Positions 61,407-64,000 of a stretch of 64,000 nt of DNA are shown in pieces. The stretch is from Escherichia phage vB_Eco_F31: sequence record OP870147.1. One strand, given 5' to 3'. The notes below the pieces were generated by a model. The model was not told where the DNA came from. It was given only the letters and a program-made list of their open reading frames with translations, and made no database searches. The position numbers and the translations under genes are program-made. Within the stretch, counting starts at the first letter, position 1. Every line of letters starts with the position of its first letter.

Positions 61407-61441
61407 TGAGAGCATTATACTCTGCTCTCAAGAGTTTGTAC
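61407..61441 (-). promoter_or_regulatory. Promoter for ndd with 8-bp inverted repeat flanking a consensus TATAAT
   Basis: Plus TGAGAGCAttatactcTGCTCTCAagagtttgtac; -35 is TTGTAC rather than GTTTAC. Confidence 0.45.
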
Positions 61442-61445
61442 AATT

Positions 61446-61646
61446 TTATTCGGCTATATCAGAACGTTCAAAAAGCTCTTCAACAGTTAAACATTCAGTG
61501 TCATCTTCAATAAAGAATCGAGTCCAACACGTTGGGGCGATACAGTTATGAGTTTGTCCGGCGATAGAAGCTACACGAATAAGCTGCTGGCCATTATTCA
61601 GGACAAATTTTTCACCAATTTCAACATCTTTAAAAAGCTTAGCCAT
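61446..61646 (-). CDS. Hypothetical protein
   Basis: 66-aa ORF with early promoter 61667-61704. Confidence 0.5.
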   Translation of the reverse strand: MAKLFKDVEIGEKFVLNNGQQLIRVASIAGQTHNCIAPTCWTRFFIEDDTECLTVEELFERSDIAE

Positions 61647-61666
61647 TTTGTGTTCCTCATGTTTCA

Positions 61667-61704
61667 GTAGGACTACTATACCATAATCCTACCTTGTTGT
61701 AAAC
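61667..61704 (-). promoter_or_regulatory. Early promoter with 6-bp inverted repeat flanking the -10
   Basis: Plus GTAGGActactataccataaTCCTACcttgttGTAAAC. Confidence 0.5.
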
Positions 61705-61896
61705 AATTAAATTACATTAAAATATGTTAAAGCCAACCATGTTCCAGTGAACGAACATGCGATGTAAAACCACGCATCACAAATTGTTCTTAGTACAATA
61801 AGAAGTGCATTTTTCATAAGTACCTCAACACAATTGAAAATATTATACAAATCATTGGGATACTAAGCAACCATATTCCTATCCACATTTTAGAGC

Positions 61897-62160
61897 TCAT
61901 ATCTCAACTTCCGCGAGTTCCATATATCCTTTGTTGATAACCTCTTTAAGGTCTTTAGAAAGAATAACACCAAAATGGTCGTTCATATGTCCATTAACTA
62001 AACGAGTTATTTCGGCTTCAGATGACATATAAGGCACGTCTGAGTCCCAATGAGATAGTCCCAAATGGGTATAAATCATCCCTTCGTCATCTGCGGTGTT
62101 GTACATTGAAACAAATTCGCCTGTTACTTTATGTTTTGCGTAGAAAAATTTAAATTTCAT
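61897..62160 (-). CDS. Hypothetical protein
   Basis: 87-aa ORF with early promoter 62180-62216. Confidence 0.5.
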   Translation of the reverse strand: MKFKFFYAKHKVTGEFVSMYNTADDEGMIYTHLGLSHWDSDVPYMSSEAEITRLVNGHMNDHFGVILSKDLKEVINKGYMELAEVEI

Positions 62161-62179
62161 GATGTTATCCTCTTTTAGA

Positions 62180-62216
62180 TAGGACTACTATATCATAGTC
62201 CTACTTAGTTGTAAAT
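62180..62216 (-). promoter_or_regulatory. Early promoter with 7-bp inverted repeat flanking the -10
   Basis: Plus TAGGACTactatatcatAGTCCTActtagttGTAAAT. Confidence 0.45.
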
Positions 62217-62228
62217 ACTTTTATGAAA

Positions 62229-62786
62229 TTAAAGATGAAGATACCAACCGTTATAGTTGCTCTTGCGGACGATTTTCTTTAGGTCTTCATGGTCTCCCAC
62301 GAACTTTATAGAATAAGAGAAGACGTCAGGTGAGGTTTCTTTGACATTCAATATAATAATACAGTCAGCGACTCGATGATTAAGGAAGGGCCCTATGTTG
62401 ATTCCGTTGCCACCCGGATAATCACCACTGTATCCTGTGGTAACGGAAATCCATTTAGAATCCATCTGGTGTGTCTTGACTTCTACACGAATTCCACAAT
62501 ACTTGGGATGGGCTAACACGTCCCATGCATACGTGTATGGGTCTTCTACGTCTTCAATACCTTTATTAACATATCCGTCTAGCCAATTTGCTACTACATA
62601 CTCTGCAAAGACCGCAACCTTACAACGTCGAACTACATCTTCTTTGTTTTGGTCAGGATTTTGGCTCAGGGAATACCGAGCAGTGTCAGCAATCTTCACC
62701 TTCATTTCACTAGTCAAAAACTCATTCGACAGGATAAATGTCGGAAGATTCTTCAGCCTCAACAGCCCCAAGTTCGTCTTTACCAT
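62229..62786 (-). CDS. denB: Endonuclease IV; start moved to internal ATG
   Basis: Frame from MVKTNLGLL... gives 185 aa, the T4 DenB length; ORF-track 206-aa version overlaps the upstream ORF. Confidence 0.7.
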   Translation of the reverse strand: MVKTNLGLLRLKNLPTFILSNEFLTSEMKVKIADTARYSLSQNPDQNKEDVVRRCKVAVFAEYVVANWLDGYVNKGIEDVEDPYTYAWDVLAHPKYCGIRVEVKTHQMDSKWISVTTGYSGDYPGGNGINIGPFLNHRVADCIIILNVKETSPDVFSYSIKFVGDHEDLKKIVRKSNYNGWYLHL

Positions 62787-63009
62787 AGATACCTCTGATG
62801 TGTAGTTCGCCAAAATAAATGCGGTCTCCTTCTTCAAGATAGTTAGCATCTACCGGTGGGATTTCAATAACAACTTCGTCGCATTCTAACCAGCCGTAGT
62901 GTGCATCGCCAGGATGTTTTACCAATTTAGCGCAATAAACTGATTTACACTTATGATGACCACGAAGATTAGCAATTTTGGATTCTGATACGTCAAATGG
63001 ATGAATCAT
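62722..63009 (-). CDS. Hypothetical protein between rIIB and denB
   Basis: 95-aa ORF, 3' end overlaps denB start. Confidence 0.5.
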   Translation of the reverse strand: MIHPFDVSESKIANLRGHHKCKSVYCAKLVKHPGDAHYGWLECDEVVIEIPPVDANYLEEGDRIYFGELHIRGIYGKDELGAVEAEESSDIYPVE

Positions 63010-63029
63010 AATTACCCCTAAAGAAAAAA

Positions 63030-63045
63030 GGGGACCGAAGTCCCC
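63030..63045 (-). terminator. Terminator after rIIB
   Basis: Minus strand GGGGACuucgGUCCCCuuuuuucuuu. Confidence 0.7.
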
Positions 63046-63050
63046 AATTA

Positions 63051-63998
63051 TTATTCTGCAAATAATTCAGTAACGTCTGAAATTACTTCATAACGACATG
63101 TACGCATCTTAGCATCACCATAGTCAACTGGGATGGATACAACATCACGTGGATGAACTTTAACCTTAACAACTTTATCTGAGCTAGAACCAAAGTAACG
63201 AATATACGATTTAGCACAAACATGTAGACCACGGGAACAAGTTTGAGTATCATCATCGTTAACACGAGTCCGAGGCATTGAAACAACTTTACCTGGTGAG
63301 TTATCAAATGTACCGCTATAACAGTCTAAATAGTCCTTACGAACTACTTTCCACGCATAGAAATACCCATCTTCAGTGATTTCAATATCATTTGCAACCA
63401 AGAAGTCGAATAAACGTTGTACAGCTTTTTCGCTTGGGTTTTCTAACAGGTTTTCAAGGAATGGCAGATAGAATTTAAAGTCTTCACCTTTTTCCATGGA
63501 ATCAATAATACGGTTAACCAGCCCTGAACGAATCTCTATACCTTGATAAAATAAACTACCACCTTCAATAGTAACATTACCATCAACAAACTTAGTAATA
63601 GCTTTCTTGATGTTAATAAGTTCGACAGCTTTACTAAGGTTTCCTGCGACCAGATTAGCTTTAATTTCTTCAAAATTTGCATGACTTGATGGGGTCGCAT
63701 TGTATGCTACGCGTCCTTCAATAATTGAAATAAATTTAGATGACGCGTTCCATACGATTTCAGGACGATGTCCGCCGATAATAGGTTCATCATTTTCTGG
63801 AACTTCTTCGATTACATAAGAGGCATCGTTTGCTTCAGGGACAACGCCTTCTGCTTTAAAATTCTTAACAATCTTACGAAGAGTATCTGTTGAAATGTCG
63901 AAGTAATCGGCAATTTCTTTACGAGTCCATTTGCCTGATTTGACCAGGCCGTAAGCTTCTAACTGTTCTTCTTGGGACAAGCATTTGATATTGTACAT
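63051..63998 (-). CDS. rIIB: rIIB rapid-lysis/exclusion membrane-associated protein
   Basis: 315-aa ORF MYNIKCL...GGSLFYQ.IE.RSGLV.RI.DSMEKGE.F.FY.PFLENLLENPS.KAV.RLFDFLVANDIEITEDGYFYAWKVVR...DNSPGKVV.MPRTRVNDDDTQTCSRGLHVC.KSYIRYFGSS.D.VVKVKVHPRDVVSIP.DY.DAKMRTC.YEV matching T4 RIIB. Confidence 0.95.
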   Translation of the reverse strand: MYNIKCLSQEEQLEAYGLVKSGKWTRKEIADYFDISTDTLRKIVKNFKAEGVVPEANDASYVIEEVPENDEPIIGGHRPEIVWNASSKFISIIEGRVAYNATPSSHANFEEIKANLVAGNLSKAVELINIKKAITKFVDGNVTIEGGSLFYQGIEIRSGLVNRIIDSMEKGEDFKFYLPFLENLLENPSEKAVQRLFDFLVANDIEITEDGYFYAWKVVRKDYLDCYSGTFDNSPGKVVSMPRTRVNDDDTQTCSRGLHVCAKSYIRYFGSSSDKVVKVKVHPRDVVSIPVDYGDAKMRTCRYEVISDVTELFAE

Positions 63999-64000
63999 AA

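Overview
This window is a contiguous ~64 kb segment of a T4-like myovirus genome, colinear with phage T4 from the 3' end of gene 20 through rIIB. All identifications are from my own reading of the sequence and recall of T4 proteins and gene order; no database search or folding program was run. Plus-strand late genes: prohead core and capsid genes (67, 68, 21, 22, 23, 24), uvsW, baseplate hub genes (51, 27, 28, 29, 48, 54) and long tail fibre genes (34, 35, 36, 37, 38) plus the holin t. Minus-strand early/middle genes: rnlB, hoc, inh, uvsY, 25, 26, alt, DNA ligase 30, rIII, 31, cd, pseT, a spanin pair, rnlA, denA, nrdB, nrdA, td, frd, 32, 59, 33, dsbA, rnh, asiA, motA, 52, ndd, denB and rIIB, with many small ORFs between them. 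No tRNA, CRISPR array, intron or homing-endonuclease gene was found. Regulatory signals readable in the sequence are TATAAATA late promoters, GTTTAC-N17/18-TATAGT/TATAAT early promoters, two MotA-box middle promoters and a family of UUCG-tetraloop hairpins. The most interesting observation is that about half of the predicted early promoters have their -10 hexamer bracketed by short inverted repeats with different arm sequences at each site, including one compensatory pair. Other departures from the T4 reference are a DAHP synthase gene between cd and pseT, an early-promoter-driven antisense gene between 23 and 24, a tandemly duplicated Hoc domain, intron-free td and nrdB, a ~290 bp non-coding leader next to rIII, and a strongly initiated but frameshifted small ORF.
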